Shown here: piece after piece, positions 27,123 through 37,991 of the stretch
How the letters are laid out: every line of letters begins with the position of its first letter
Position numbering within the stretch: position 1 is the first letter of the stretch
Assembly: GCA_965263345.1 (NCBI GenBank)
Contig: CBDHHC010000004.1
Span: 339,777-403,776 of the forward strand
Reading direction: 5' to 3'
Source of the DNA: Methyloligellaceae bacterium
GTDB taxonomy: Bacteria > Pseudomonadota > Alphaproteobacteria > Rhizobiales > CBDHHC01
Length of the DNA stretch: 64,000 nucleotides
Notes under the pieces: generated by a model
Database searches by the model: none
Told to the model about the DNA's origin: nothing
The model's input: only the letters and a program-made list of their open reading frames with translations
Position numbers and translations under genes: made by a program

Positions 27123-27362
27123 TCAAGAAATTTTGGTATTCTCGAAGATGTATTGTGCAACCCTCTCCCAAGCTCTGGCGTGAGAAACACTATTCATTGA
27201 TTTATGGTCTTGCATAAATTGTCTTGCTAATGCATAGGCTTGAGCGCCATGACGCTCCATTAATATTTTCCCCATCATATCGATTTCTTTTTGAGGAATA
27301 CCATTGGTACAATCTTTTACTTTTGTTTTAGCCTTAACGTCACGTAAAGAATGAACAATCAT
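27123..27362 (-). CDS. Small hypothetical protein (79 aa)
   Basis: ORF with AGAGAG RBS and an upstream sigma54-type promoter; LMERHG..A..A...W..VA pattern. Confidence 0.65.
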   Translation of the reverse strand: MIVHSLRDVKAKTKVKDCTNGIPQKEIDMMGKILMERHGAQAYALARQFMQDHKSMNSVSHARAWERVAQYIFENTKIS

Positions 27363-27455
27363 GTGGAACTCTCTTTAATAACTCAATCTGACTTAACGCC
27401 TAATTTTCCTAAAATAGATCATTTGGCGATACAAATTCATGTGTTATGTAAAGAA

Positions 27456-27472
27456 AGCAACTTCTGGGCCAA
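27456..27472 (-). promoter_or_regulatory. sigma54 (-24/-12) promoter
   Basis: Minus strand TTGGCCCAGAAGTTGCT: GG-N10-GC with TTGCT, about 94 nt upstream of the ORF starting at 27362. Confidence 0.65.
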
Positions 27473-27506
27473 AAATAAGTTTTGGTTATGGTAACATATA
27501 TAATGT

Positions 27507-28523
27507 CTAATTTTTCTTTTTAACTTTTCTTGGTTTTGCTTTATTTTTTCTTTTTTTTATTGCCGCTTTTTTATTTTTTTTCTTAATCTTCTTTTTATAT
27601 ACCCGTCTTCTCCCTGCACATGAGGTCGATGTCAGGCGATAGCGCATGTTTTTTGGGCCTCTTAAATCCGTTTTATCTTCTTTAATATTCCCAATTGCAC
27701 TTTGCTTATAGAGGGCTTTCCAGTCATAGATTTTGAACCCATAATTCAGTAACTTTGTTGCCCGTACACGCCTTAAAGCAGTTGTTTTAGACCCCAATAC
27801 TACTGCTACTAATCTACGGTTATTTCTTGTTGCACTGGTCACGACATTGAATCCTGATGCACACACAAAACCTGTTTTCATGCCATCTGCACCAGCATAT
27901 TTTCTCAACATATCATTATGGGAGCGTAATTTCCGTTTACCAATTTTCACATAGATTTGCTTGAAAAACGCTTTGTGTTCTGGAAAGTTTTTAATGAGCG
28001 CTTGAGCTAATAACCCCATATCTCTTGCAGTTGTGACCTGACGTCCATCGGGCAACCCATTGGGATTATAAAATTTGGTCCTTGTCATCCCAAGTTTTTT
28101 TGAAGTTTCATTCATGCGTGCTGCAAAAGCATGAACATTTCCGCTAATTTTCTCAGCTATCATAACAGCTACGTCATTCGCTGATTTTACAATAAGAGCC
28201 TGTAAGCCAAGATTTAAGGAAATTTGTCTTCCTACTGGCAAACCAATTTTGCTTGGAGGTTGTTTATTCGCATATACACTGGAGGTGAGTTGATCATTAA
28301 AAGACAATCTTCCTGCTTTTATTTCTTCGAACGCAATATATGCAGTCATTAACTTTGTTAGGGAAGCAGGGTACCAGAGATCATGTTCATCTTCTGCGTA
28401 TAAAATATTTCCGTTCTTGGCATCAAATAATAATGCTGGGCCAGCATGCACATATGATGTAAACAAAAAAAGTATAGAAAATACCTTCCAAAAGGCAATT
28501 ACTCTTTGCACTTTCACGCTCAA
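27507..28523 (-). CDS. D-alanyl-D-alanine carboxypeptidase (peptidase S11) with Lys-rich tail
   Basis: PASLTK (SxxK), SAN (SxN) and KTG motifs. Confidence 0.92.
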   Translation of the reverse strand: MSVKVQRVIAFWKVFSILFLFTSYVHAGPALLFDAKNGNILYAEDEHDLWYPASLTKLMTAYIAFEEIKAGRLSFNDQLTSSVYANKQPPSKIGLPVGRQISLNLGLQALIVKSANDVAVMIAEKISGNVHAFAARMNETSKKLGMTRTKFYNPNGLPDGRQVTTARDMGLLAQALIKNFPEHKAFFKQIYVKIGKRKLRSHNDMLRKYAGADGMKTGFVCASGFNVVTSATRNNRRLVAVVLGSKTTALRRVRATKLLNYGFKIYDWKALYKQSAIGNIKEDKTDLRGPKNMRYRLTSTSCAGRRRVYKKKIKKKNKKAAIKKRKNKAKPRKVKKKN

Positions 28524-28641
28524 TCTCCCCCGAGACTATTTTTTTCATATTTTATAGCGGCATGATCTAGGTGTTACAAGACCAGATCAATCTTTATATT
28601 GATGCCATATCTTGGAGCAAGCTGTAAAAAGCCTCAGTTCG

Positions 28642-31296
28642 TTAATTTTTTATGCCCAGTGTTTTTGTCACTATTTCATATGTATCTCTGGATAGCTTAT
28701 TATGTGATGCAATATCCATCAGCAGTTTTTTTGCTTTTCTTTGACGTTTTGTCTCCAACATTCTCCAACTTTTAAATGCACCACATAGTCTTGCAGCAAC
28801 CTGAGGGTTAAATTGATCAATTTCTAAAATTGTATCTCCTACAAGTTCGTAACCTGATCCATCCTCAGCATTAAAGTGAATTGGATTAGATTGTGCAAAT
28901 ACTGCGATTAATGAACGAACTCTATTTGGGTTCTTTAAAGAGAATTTGGGGTGAGATTTTAAATTTAAAACACGTTCATGAGTATCTGGACATGATGATA
29001 AGGCCTGTAATGAAAACCACTTATCTAATACCAAATGATCATCTTGAAACTCTTGATAAAAGTGTTCGAAAATTGCCTCGCGTTCTTCAGACATTGTATT
29101 GGCTAATATCGTTAGGGCTGCCATCTTGTCTGTCATATTTTTGGCTTTCCAATAGTGATTAGCTACAAGCTGAATCTCCTCTGGTTTCTTAGCTGAAGAT
29201 AGCAAAAATAGTAAAGCATTGCGAAAAGCTCTTTTACCAATATTTTTTGCGGATGGCGTGTATTTTCCCCTTAGGGCACAATTTTCATATGTCTCAAGAA
29301 GTAAAGGATGCAAATCTTTAGAGATGTTATTTATTAGCATATTGCGCGCTTTATGAATGTGAAACGGGTTTACATTTTTACCTATCTCACGCGCAATATC
29401 TGTTTCTCCAGGGAATGTGATAAATTCTGCGCGATATGCTTCTTCCAAGTTTTCATCAGTAATTGTTGCGCTAATTACGTTTGAAAGCCGTGCACCTTTT
29501 TTTGATCTTTTTCCTGAAGCTACCAATTTGACCAATTCTACCATTAATCTTGAGGCATACGTCTGAGTTGATTGCCACCTGTTAAATAAGTCTGTGTCAT
29601 GCAAACTTAAAAACTCCAGATCACGTTCTGTTTGGCTCATGTTGAGATGAATTGGTGCTGAGAATTCTCTGAATAATGATACTATCGGTTTTGATGATAT
29701 ATCAGTAAATTTGATTGACTGCTCACGTTTGGTTAAATGCAATATCCCTTCTTTGAATGCTTGCTCATTGTCTGTATGCAACTCAAAGTCCTGGCCATCT
29801 GGAGCTAGTAGCCCTAATTTTATCGGAATGTGCTGCGGTTTTTTTGAACTTTTATCTGGGGTACTGGGGCATATTTGTTGAAACTTTAATGTCGCTTCCT
29901 TTAGCCTTTTATTATATTCCAGTTTTGCCATAACCTGAGGCGTACCTGCCTGTGAATACCAGAGCATAAACTGATCAAGACAGACTTTATTTGCCTCTGC
30001 CATTGATGAAATGAAATCTTCAACTGTCGCAGCTTCTCCATCATGGCGTTCAAAATAGAGATCCATTCCTTTCCGAAACCCATCTTTACCAACCATAGTC
30101 ATAATCATACGACACAGTTCTGCGCCTTTTTCATAAACAGTCGCTGTATAAAAATTATTGATTTCGATATACGCACTTGGCCTAACAGGATGTGCCAGTG
30201 GTCCTCCATCTTCAGGAAACTGATGACGTCTCAACTGCCTCACATTCTGGATTCTTGATACAGTTTTCGAATGATGATCTGCGGTAAATTCCTGGTCACG
30301 AAAAACTGTTAAACCTTCTTTAAGACAGAGTTGGAACCAGTCCCTACATGTAATTCTATTGCCCGTCCAATTATGGAAATATTCATGAGCGATCACAGCT
30401 TCTATTGCCATATAATTACTGTCCGTCGCTGTTTCAGGACTTGCGATAATCAGTTTATCGTTAAATATATTCAGCCCCTTGTTTTCCATCGCTCCCATGT
30501 TAAAGTCACTGACCGCAACAATATTGAAAACATCAAGATCATATTCTAAGCCGAAGCGTTTTTCATCCCAGCGCATTGATCGCTTTAAGCTTTCCATTGC
30601 CCAATCACAGCGGTCTTCTTTGCCATGCTCTACGAATATATTTAACTCAACATCTTTTTTTGACTTCGTTTTAAAACTGCTGGAAACCTTTGCTAAATCT
30701 CCCCCAACCAAGGCAAATAAATAAGCGGGCTTTGGATGTGGATCATGCCATACTGCATAATGCCAGTCTTTTTTGCGCAGTTTTCCTGTCTCGATCAAAT
30801 TTCCATTTGAAAGCAAGATAGGCGCTTCTTTCTTATCTGCCTCTATGCGAGTGGTAAATACAGCTAGAACGTCTGGACGGTCCAAATAATAAGTAATACT
30901 TCGAAAGCCTTCTGCTTCACATTGGGTGCAATATGTATTATTTGATCGGTATAGCCCAGAAAGTGCTTTGTTTCGGTCTGGATTGCATGTTGTTGTAATT
31001 TCTAAGGTAAATTTCTTTTTTGGAGGCTCTAATATTGTTAATTCTTTTTTATCAATTCTATAAGCCTGCTTTTCGAGTTGCCTATTATTTAGCTTGATTC
31101 TTAATAGTTTTAAATTTTCGCCGTTTAATTTTAACGCTCTAAAAATTTTTACTTCAGGGTTAGGCCTTACATGTAACTTCGATTTAACCACAGTTTCTGT
31201 AGGATTCAGAGAGATATCCAATTTTACCTTATCTATCAGATATTCCGATGGCTGATAATTTTTAAGTTCTATCGTTTTTGGCTTATCAGTTTTCAT
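28642..31296 (-). CDS. pepN: Aminopeptidase N
   Basis: GAMEN, HEYFH...E, TQCEAEGFR and YEKGAE motifs. Confidence 0.97.
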   Translation of the reverse strand: MKTDKPKTIELKNYQPSEYLIDKVKLDISLNPTETVVKSKLHVRPNPEVKIFRALKLNGENLKLLRIKLNNRQLEKQAYRIDKKELTILEPPKKKFTLEITTTCNPDRNKALSGLYRSNNTYCTQCEAEGFRSITYYLDRPDVLAVFTTRIEADKKEAPILLSNGNLIETGKLRKKDWHYAVWHDPHPKPAYLFALVGGDLAKVSSSFKTKSKKDVELNIFVEHGKEDRCDWAMESLKRSMRWDEKRFGLEYDLDVFNIVAVSDFNMGAMENKGLNIFNDKLIIASPETATDSNYMAIEAVIAHEYFHNWTGNRITCRDWFQLCLKEGLTVFRDQEFTADHHSKTVSRIQNVRQLRRHQFPEDGGPLAHPVRPSAYIEINNFYTATVYEKGAELCRMIMTMVGKDGFRKGMDLYFERHDGEAATVEDFISSMAEANKVCLDQFMLWYSQAGTPQVMAKLEYNKRLKEATLKFQQICPSTPDKSSKKPQHIPIKLGLLAPDGQDFELHTDNEQAFKEGILHLTKREQSIKFTDISSKPIVSLFREFSAPIHLNMSQTERDLEFLSLHDTDLFNRWQSTQTYASRLMVELVKLVASGKRSKKGARLSNVISATITDENLEEAYRAEFITFPGETDIAREIGKNVNPFHIHKARNMLINNISKDLHPLLLETYENCALRGKYTPSAKNIGKRAFRNALLFLLSSAKKPEEIQLVANHYWKAKNMTDKMAALTILANTMSEEREAIFEHFYQEFQDDHLVLDKWFSLQALSSCPDTHERVLNLKSHPKFSLKNPNRVRSLIAVFAQSNPIHFNAEDGSGYELVGDTILEIDQFNPQVAARLCGAFKSWRMLETKRQRKAKKLLMDIASHNKLSRDTYEIVTKTLGIKN

Positions 31297-31528
31297 TTTT
31301 TAAGAAAAGCTCCCTTAACAACCATCTTTTATTGATATTAAATGGGTCAATATTCACTATACATTTATCATTTTTCTTTTCCTAAAGAGATACCCTTAAG
31401 AAAGTATGCAACTTTTTGGATTTTCTTAAAATTTATTATATTAACTTTCTGAGATGTTTTTTTATTGCAAACTTATTGAAAGTAAATATTAATTTAAAGT
31501 TTATATAATTTAGGAACTTAAAGTCTAA

Positions 31529-32515
31529 ATGCTTTCACTTTTATTATTTTTGATTCTTATCATTTCGTGCTTTTTTTCTCTAACAATTGGACCGGCTGAT
31601 ATCAGCTTCTGGGATATTCTTAAGGGCTTTCAAGCTGGGAAACATGATACTATTCCAATTATCATATGGGAAATCCGTTTGCCAAGAACATTATTGGCTC
31701 TTTCCATAGGTGCTACACTTGGAATTTCTGGTGCAGCTTTGCAAGGCCTTGTACGCAACCCCCTTGCGTCTCCTTCATTATTAGGAGCTTCCAATTTTGC
31801 GGCTTTAGGAGCAGTTCTGGCGATCTACTTTGCTTCGGGTGCCCAATACCCTATTGTTATCTTTGTCTGTGCAATTGGGGCATCAATCATATCGGTTTTT
31901 ATATTAATGGTAATATCTGGACAAGACTCTCGGATACTTACACTTATCCTTTCTGGATTGGCTTTATCCTCCCTCGCAAGTGCTTTGACAGCCTTGGTTC
32001 TCAATCTTGCTCCAAATCCTTTTGCTATCGTTGAAATTACATTTTGGCTGTTGGGATCCTTATCAGATAGAACCTTTCAACAATTCTGGCTTGCACTCCC
32101 TTTTATGATGATTTGCTGGGTTCTGTTGTTTATGGATAAGAAGGTTCTTCTTGGCTTGACACTTGGTGAGGACACAGCAAAGACTTTGGGCTTTTCAATT
32201 TCTTATGCGAAATGGCGTATTGCAATTGCCGTTGCTTTTGGGGTTGGAGCTGCAGTGGCTGTAAGTGGGGTTATTGGCTTTATTGGCCTTGTTGTTCCGC
32301 ATCTGTTGAGACCATTTGTAAATTACAACCCAGCCAAACTTTTGTTGCCTTCTGCTCTGGCTGGTGCTCTATTTTTAATTATCGCAGATTGTATAGTTCG
32401 ACTGGTTCCAACTACCAGTGAATTAAAACTTGGTGTTGTTACATCCTTAATAGGTGTACCATTTTTTCTTATGCTGGTCTATCGTGAACGACAGGGCCGT
32501 CCTGCATTCCTATGA
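31529..32515 (+). CDS. FecCD/BtuC-family ABC permease (iron chelate or cobalamin)
   Basis: IRLPR, LQGLVRNPLASP, LG.D.A..LG and IGFIGLVVPH motifs. Confidence 0.9.
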   Translation: MLSLLLFLILIISCFFSLTIGPADISFWDILKGFQAGKHDTIPIIIWEIRLPRTLLALSIGATLGISGAALQGLVRNPLASPSLLGASNFAALGAVLAIYFASGAQYPIVIFVCAIGASIISVFILMVISGQDSRILTLILSGLALSSLASALTALVLNLAPNPFAIVEITFWLLGSLSDRTFQQFWLALPFMMICWVLLFMDKKVLLGLTLGEDTAKTLGFSISYAKWRIAIAVAFGVGAAVAVSGVIGFIGLVVPHLLRPFVNYNPAKLLLPSALAGALFLIIADCIVRLVPTTSELKLGVVTSLIGVPFFLMLVYRERQGRPAFL

Positions 32516-32556
32516 GCTATTTTGAAGTAAAAATTATTGAAAGGGCCCTATAGATA

Positions 32557-33318
32557 ATGGCATTTATTGAATTTAAAGATGTCACGGTTCGAATCAGCAA
32601 TCATACAATTCTTGATAAAATTTCTTTTATATTACAAGAAGGTTTTTTTGTTAGCCTTTTAGGACCTAATGGCGCTGGCAAAACAACGCTTGTGAAAGCT
32701 CTTGCGGGGTTGCTCCCATATGAAGGATCTATTAAGATTAATGGTCTTGAAGTCCGAGACATGCCTTCAAAAGAACTTGGACAAAATTTAGCTTATATCC
32801 CTCAAGGACATGAGGTTAACTGGCCAATGCGCGTGAGGGATCTTGTTGGACTTGGACGATTGCCCCATCAATCCATACTTCGTCCTAATGGTTCAGATGA
32901 TGAAATAGCTATTGACTCAGCATTAAAAATCACAAATTTATCAGACTTTACTGAACGGCGTTTTGATCAATTATCAGGCGGTGAAAAAAGCCGTGTTATG
33001 ATTGCAAGATCATTGGCCAGCCAACCTCTTCTTCTTCTTGCTGATGAACCAACAGTAGCTCTTGATCCTTATCATCAATTACAAATTTTGAGCGTTTTAC
33101 ATCAAAATACTCAACAGGGACTAAATTTAATTGCAATATTACATGATATTTCACAAGCTGCCCAATTTTCTGACCAAATTTTATTGTTAGATAAAGGTAA
33201 ATTAATCCATCAAGGAAAACCAGACGAAGTATTAACGAATGAGTATTTAAAAAAAATTTATAATATTTCTTTTGCGCAACACATTGAATTAACTAAAGGT
33301 ATTTGGAAAATTGACTGA
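32557..33318 (+). CDS. ABC ATP-binding subunit (FecE/BtuD-like)
   Basis: GPNGAGKT, LSGGE, LLADEPT and H-switch motifs. Confidence 0.92.
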   Translation: MAFIEFKDVTVRISNHTILDKISFILQEGFFVSLLGPNGAGKTTLVKALAGLLPYEGSIKINGLEVRDMPSKELGQNLAYIPQGHEVNWPMRVRDLVGLGRLPHQSILRPNGSDDEIAIDSALKITNLSDFTERRFDQLSGGEKSRVMIARSLASQPLLLLADEPTVALDPYHQLQILSVLHQNTQQGLNLIAILHDISQAAQFSDQILLLDKGKLIHQGKPDEVLTNEYLKKIYNISFAQHIELTKGIWKID

Positions 33319-33681
33319 TATTAAATTCCAAGTTTAGTATTTAAAATTTTAAATCATGTATTTTGATAGATTTAATTATGTAATTTTTAATAAGATAAGA
33401 GAAATTTTCTTGATTTTCATTGTGTAGATGTTTATATGACGCAATGGGATATTTTTCTTATATTGTATAGGTCTAGTAGTTGGTTTTTTCCGTATATTAT
33501 AGTCTAATGATAAATTAAACTATATTTATTGTTAGTAGTTACATAAAACATAGTAGATTAATATCAATTATTTGTGCCGGAAAATAATATTAAATGAGAT
33601 TAATGTTCTTTAACTTAAATTTAAAAAAATTATTACCTCCATTCCTAAATTTAATAACGGATTTCTGGAGGGGGAGATCCG

Positions 33682-34296
33682 ATGGCTCGTCGTTCTAGTA
33701 TTGGTCGTGATGAACTCAAAAGACGCATGATTTCTGCCGTCAGGGACATTGTTACTGAAGGTGGATTAACGGCTGTGTCCGCTAGGGCATTAGCAAAACG
33801 CGTTGATTATTCAACAGGAACTATATATAGCATTTTTTCAAATCTTGATGAGATTATATTTCATGTTGAGATAGAATTGCTTGAAAGTTTAGAGGATACA
33901 CTTTTATCAGTACATAAAGACAAAGATCCTTTACAGAATCTTTTGGAATTTACAAAAGTCTACATTAATTTCATATGTGAAAATTTTAATTTGTGGCACC
34001 TTATCGTTGAGCATAGGCTCTCTGATAATAAAAAGCTGCCCGATTTATATCCTGAAAAACTGAAAAGAATACAAAGCTTATTTGAAGAGAAACTAAAACC
34101 GTTTGTTGAGAAGGATATATTGAACTCAATAGAGAATCCTTCTTTCGTGTTCCTCTCTGGTCTTGATGGCCTTATAATTTTCTCAAATACAAATAAACTT
34201 GATACCTTAGATATGGATGTGCTTCATAAACGCAGAGAAATGTGGGTTAAAGCTTTCGTTTCTGGTCTCAATGCTTATGATCGTAAAGCCAGCTAA
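33682..34296 (+). CDS. TetR/AcrR-family regulator
   Basis: GLTAVSARALAKRVDYSTGTIYSIF HTH; strong GGAGG RBS. Confidence 0.88.
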   Translation: MARRSSIGRDELKRRMISAVRDIVTEGGLTAVSARALAKRVDYSTGTIYSIFSNLDEIIFHVEIELLESLEDTLLSVHKDKDPLQNLLEFTKVYINFICENFNLWHLIVEHRLSDNKKLPDLYPEKLKRIQSLFEEKLKPFVEKDILNSIENPSFVFLSGLDGLIIFSNTNKLDTLDMDVLHKRREMWVKAFVSGLNAYDRKAS

Positions 34297-34322
34297 ATTC
34301 TGACTTAATTATATCTAAGAGA

Positions 34323-35192
34323 TTACTTTATTGTAGATGTTTCAAGGGATTCAATTTTTGAGGACTCAACTGTCCCTACAGGTGGTTGATCGGGTAATGA
34401 TGAATTTGTATTCTCAACCGTAAAATTAAAATATGTAGCGATCTGTTTGACTTTTTCTTCTATCCCAAAAAGACTTCCCTCTGGTAAAAGCTTTTGCCCT
34501 ACGAATTGCCAAACATCCTGGGATGTCACAACACTTGTTATTGTTTCATAGGATGGGGTGAAATAGTATACTCCAATAGCCGCCATTAACATTGCAATTG
34601 AAGCGCCTGTACTTTTATATTCATATAGTTTAAGCGCTGATCCAAATGACCTTTTTATTCGCGTGTTATCAAAATCGACACTATAAATTTCATCTAAGAG
34701 CAGATGAACGATATACCCAAATAAAACAAAAATTCCAGCTAACCATGCCATGGTCGCACTTGTTTCAAATATCCTATAAAAAATTGCAGATGTGGCAAAC
34801 ATGAAAAAGACGCCCGCCAACAATGAATGGAATACACCTCTATGAACAGCAAAACGATGGAAGATACCTTGTCCGAAATATCTAATTCCTAAGAATACTG
34901 CAACCCATATTAACCACATTTCGATTATGGAATATTTCCACCCATATGCAAAAAGCACACAGAATGACAAAAATAGAGCTAATGTGAAAAAGATTGCTCT
35001 AGAAGAGCGGGACCTTTGTAAGTCTACATCAGGTAAAACACTTCCAAGCGCACCAGCGAGGGCTAATGTTATGACTTCATTTGGAGTTACGACTGATGCA
35101 GCCAACGTAATGGTTGCCAACAAACCTGTTGAAATTGTTCCAACGGCTATATGGGTTCTAAAATTTGCCATTCTGGCCTCCAAATATCGCAA
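34323..35192 (-). CDS. Membrane-bound metal-dependent hydrolase (YdjM-like)
   Basis: MANFRTH, GSVLPDVD, HRGVFHS and GYIVHLLLDE motifs. Likely start at MANF. Confidence 0.85.
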   Translation of the reverse strand: MRYLEARMANFRTHIAVGTISTGLLATITLAASVVTPNEVITLALAGALGSVLPDVDLQRSRSSRAIFFTLALFLSFCVLFAYGWKYSIIEMWLIWVAVFLGIRYFGQGIFHRFAVHRGVFHSLLAGVFFMFATSAIFYRIFETSATMAWLAGIFVLFGYIVHLLLDEIYSVDFDNTRIKRSFGSALKLYEYKSTGASIAMLMAAIGVYYFTPSYETITSVVTSQDVWQFVGQKLLPEGSLFGIEEKVKQIATYFNFTVENTNSSLPDQPPVGTVESSKIESLETSTIK

Positions 35193-35359
35193 ACACTAAG
35201 AGTTTTTATTCGTCGTTCTTTTTATTGTGTAATGTATACAGATCCGATTCGTTGTATTCCGAACAGAGGTATTGCAATCGAATCTGTGGATATGAGGCTG
35301 GTTGTTTGTAACCCTAATGATTATATAGCCTACTGCCTTATTTAAGAAGACTAAGATCT

Positions 35360-36643
35360 ATGCATTATGAGAAAAAAATGGTTGAGCCTAAGATTAAATG
35401 CCCAAATTGTTTTACTGAAATAAAACTAACTGAATCCCTTGCGGCACCTCTGATACAAGAAACTCGTGAGAAGTATGAAGCCCAAATTGCTCAGACGCAA
35501 AGTGATATTTCCAGGCGTGAGGCTGCCTTAAATATACAAAAACAAGAGCTTGAGACTGCCCAAAAATCCTTGGAAGAAAAGCTACAAATAAGAGTGGCTG
35601 AAGCCAGAAAACAGATTGCTTTAGAAGAAGAAAAGAAAGCAAAAGCAGCTATTTCAGAAGATCTTGATGGAAAAACAAAACAGCTAAAAGAAATGCAAGA
35701 CTTATTAAACTTGAAGGAAGAGAAGCTCTCTCAAGCTCAGAAAGCTCAGGCTGAGATTATGAGAAAAGAGCGAGACTTGGAAGATAAGAAACGTGAGTTA
35801 GATTTAACGATAGAAAAACGAGTTAATGCCTCTCTTTCAGGTGTACATAAAAAAGCGCGTCAAGAAGCTGAGGATGCATTGAAACTTAAAGTCTCAGAGA
35901 AAGAAGAACAAATTTCTTCGATGCAAAGACAGATCGATGATCTAAAACGTAAAGCGGAGCAGGGTTCTCAACAATTGCAAGGAGAAGTTTTAGAACTTAG
36001 CCTAGAGGAAGATTTGCGTACTAAATTTCCCTTCGATGTGATTGAGCCAGTTAAGAAGGGGGAGTTTGGTGGAGATATTTTGCATACCGTTGTTAATCCA
36101 TCAGGTCAAAAGTGCGGGGCTATTTTGTGGGAAACGAAGCGCACCAAAAATTGGAGTGATGGTTGGCTTGTCAAACTTCGTGAAGACCAACGCACTTCAG
36201 GAGCAGATATATCTCTACTGATGACACATGCTCTGCCTAAAGGTGTTGAAACATTTGATCTTATTGATAATGTTTGGGTTGTACAAACTCGCTATGCCTT
36301 GCCACTTGTCAGTGCATTACGCCAGTCATTGATTGGTGTCTATTCAACACGTCAAGCCCAAAGTGGTCAGAATACAAAAATGGAAATGGTTTATAATTAT
36401 CTTACCAGCACTAAATTTCGACACAGAGTTGAAGCAATTGTCGAAAAAATTTCAGATATGCAGCAAGATCTTGATAAAGAACGAAAAATGATGACTCGTT
36501 CTTGGGCGAAACGTGATGCACAAATTCAAAGTGTCATCACAGCTACAGTAGGTATGTATGGCGACTTACAAGGTATTGCAGGACAAGCAATTCAAGAGAT
36601 TGAGGGACTTGATATTCCATTACTTGAGGATGAAACGTCCTAA
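35360..36643 (+). CDS. DUF2130-family coiled-coil protein
   Basis: I.CPNC zinc ribbon, long coiled coil, SQQLQGEVLE, ILWETKRTKNWSDGW. Confidence 0.88.
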   Translation: MHYEKKMVEPKIKCPNCFTEIKLTESLAAPLIQETREKYEAQIAQTQSDISRREAALNIQKQELETAQKSLEEKLQIRVAEARKQIALEEEKKAKAAISEDLDGKTKQLKEMQDLLNLKEEKLSQAQKAQAEIMRKERDLEDKKRELDLTIEKRVNASLSGVHKKARQEAEDALKLKVSEKEEQISSMQRQIDDLKRKAEQGSQQLQGEVLELSLEEDLRTKFPFDVIEPVKKGEFGGDILHTVVNPSGQKCGAILWETKRTKNWSDGWLVKLREDQRTSGADISLLMTHALPKGVETFDLIDNVWVVQTRYALPLVSALRQSLIGVYSTRQAQSGQNTKMEMVYNYLTSTKFRHRVEAIVEKISDMQQDLDKERKMMTRSWAKRDAQIQSVITATVGMYGDLQGIAGQAIQEIEGLDIPLLEDETS

Positions 36644-36675
36644 AGTGCGAGATTAAATCTCACACTTTATTTCAT
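36641..36675. terminator. Terminator hairpin between convergent genes
   Basis: TAAAGTGCGAGAT-TAA-ATCTCACACTTTA followed by TTTC. Confidence 0.6.
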
Positions 36676-36694
36676 AACTTATTTTTTCAATTTT

Positions 36695-37828
36695 TTAGGT
36701 TAAAGATCTCTTTTCCAAAATAGAGTCTATAAAGAATTTTGTGGCCCAGTTAGGATATTGTAAGGGTGCATAACGTCCATATATTGGATGGGACCCTGCG
36801 ATTCCACCATAGTATGGCGCTTGGTTATCTTTTATATTTTGTGTAATGCAAACATCTTGGACTAGTTTTACTGCTGCATCATAATATTTCTGCTGATTAT
36901 TGTCTTTATAAAGCTTAAACAAAATGATCGCCGTTTGGACATACCCAGTTAAACATACATAATTGTATAAATATTCCCAATTCTCGCCTAACTCTCCAGC
37001 GATATATTTTTTCTCAGCATATAGTTCGATCAATTTATCTGCAGCCAATACCACTGAATTTAGGTATTTTGTGTCACCGGATTGCTTATAAATTTCCAGC
37101 AAACCTCTCATTACATATGCTGTGCCATGTAAATTTGCATTACCATTTGGTTTAAAATTATTTTTACGATAATACCCATTTGGTAATTGTTGGCTCACTG
37201 CCCAATCTGCATTAGCCAATGCGGCTTTTTTATATTTATCTTCCGATAATAAACCCGATAGTGACATAAGAGCCCATGCTGCTCGCACGTTATAAGTATG
37301 AACAATATCATTACTTAAATTACGTACAAAACAACCTTCTTCATCCATGGAGGATACCATAAAATCTGCAGCCCGTTTCGCAGGTTCTATAAACTTTTGC
37401 TCATTTAAATCCCGAATTAGAGCAACAAACCCATGTAGTATCATGCCCGTGTCAAAGATGATCGGTTTATCTAAAGCGCCAACTTCACGGCCTACAAACC
37501 CTCCCTCATCTGTCTGACGACTTACAAGCCAGTCCCCTACTTTAAGTGCTTTTTCTTTATAAGTTTCATCTTCGTAATATTTCGATAAAGCAAGTAATGT
37601 AGGTATGATGTAACCGCTAGTTTCAGGGTAAGGGGTCATCCATCCATCCATGAAACGATAAGCTTTCGCAGAAGCTTCCCCATTACCTTCCTTAATTGAT
37701 GTCATTAACCAATCAACTGCAGCATCAAAGTGCTCTTGCTCATTAATTTGTGTTCTGTCAATTCCATTTGCCGGTAGTTTGCGATTGGCGAAATCATATA
37801 ATGATTTAGAGATGAAATGCGTGAACAT
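36695..37828 (-). CDS. Alpha/alpha-toroid protein (prenyltransferase/glycosidase-like) associated with polysaccharide genes
   Basis: YPETSGYIIPT, repeated WL...Q..DG, FDTGMIL.G and YPNWATKFFID motifs. Confidence 0.7.
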   Translation of the reverse strand: MFTHFISKSLYDFANRKLPANGIDRTQINEQEHFDAAVDWLMTSIKEGNGEASAKAYRFMDGWMTPYPETSGYIIPTLLALSKYYEDETYKEKALKVGDWLVSRQTDEGGFVGREVGALDKPIIFDTGMILHGFVALIRDLNEQKFIEPAKRAADFMVSSMDEEGCFVRNLSNDIVHTYNVRAAWALMSLSGLLSEDKYKKAALANADWAVSQQLPNGYYRKNNFKPNGNANLHGTAYVMRGLLEIYKQSGDTKYLNSVVLAADKLIELYAEKKYIAGELGENWEYLYNYVCLTGYVQTAIILFKLYKDNNQQKYYDAAVKLVQDVCITQNIKDNQAPYYGGIAGSHPIYGRYAPLQYPNWATKFFIDSILEKRSLT

Positions 37829-37991
37829 AATTCTGCCCCCATTATTCTTTTATGCAATGTATTTAGAGTTCTATATCTGCTTAAAAATTAAGTCTATTAT
37901 GGCTATACAAGTTTAAGCATTCATACTTAAAGTGTGTTCGTGTTTAAATTACATACATATTTATAAGTTAAAGATAGTGTGAATATGACAT

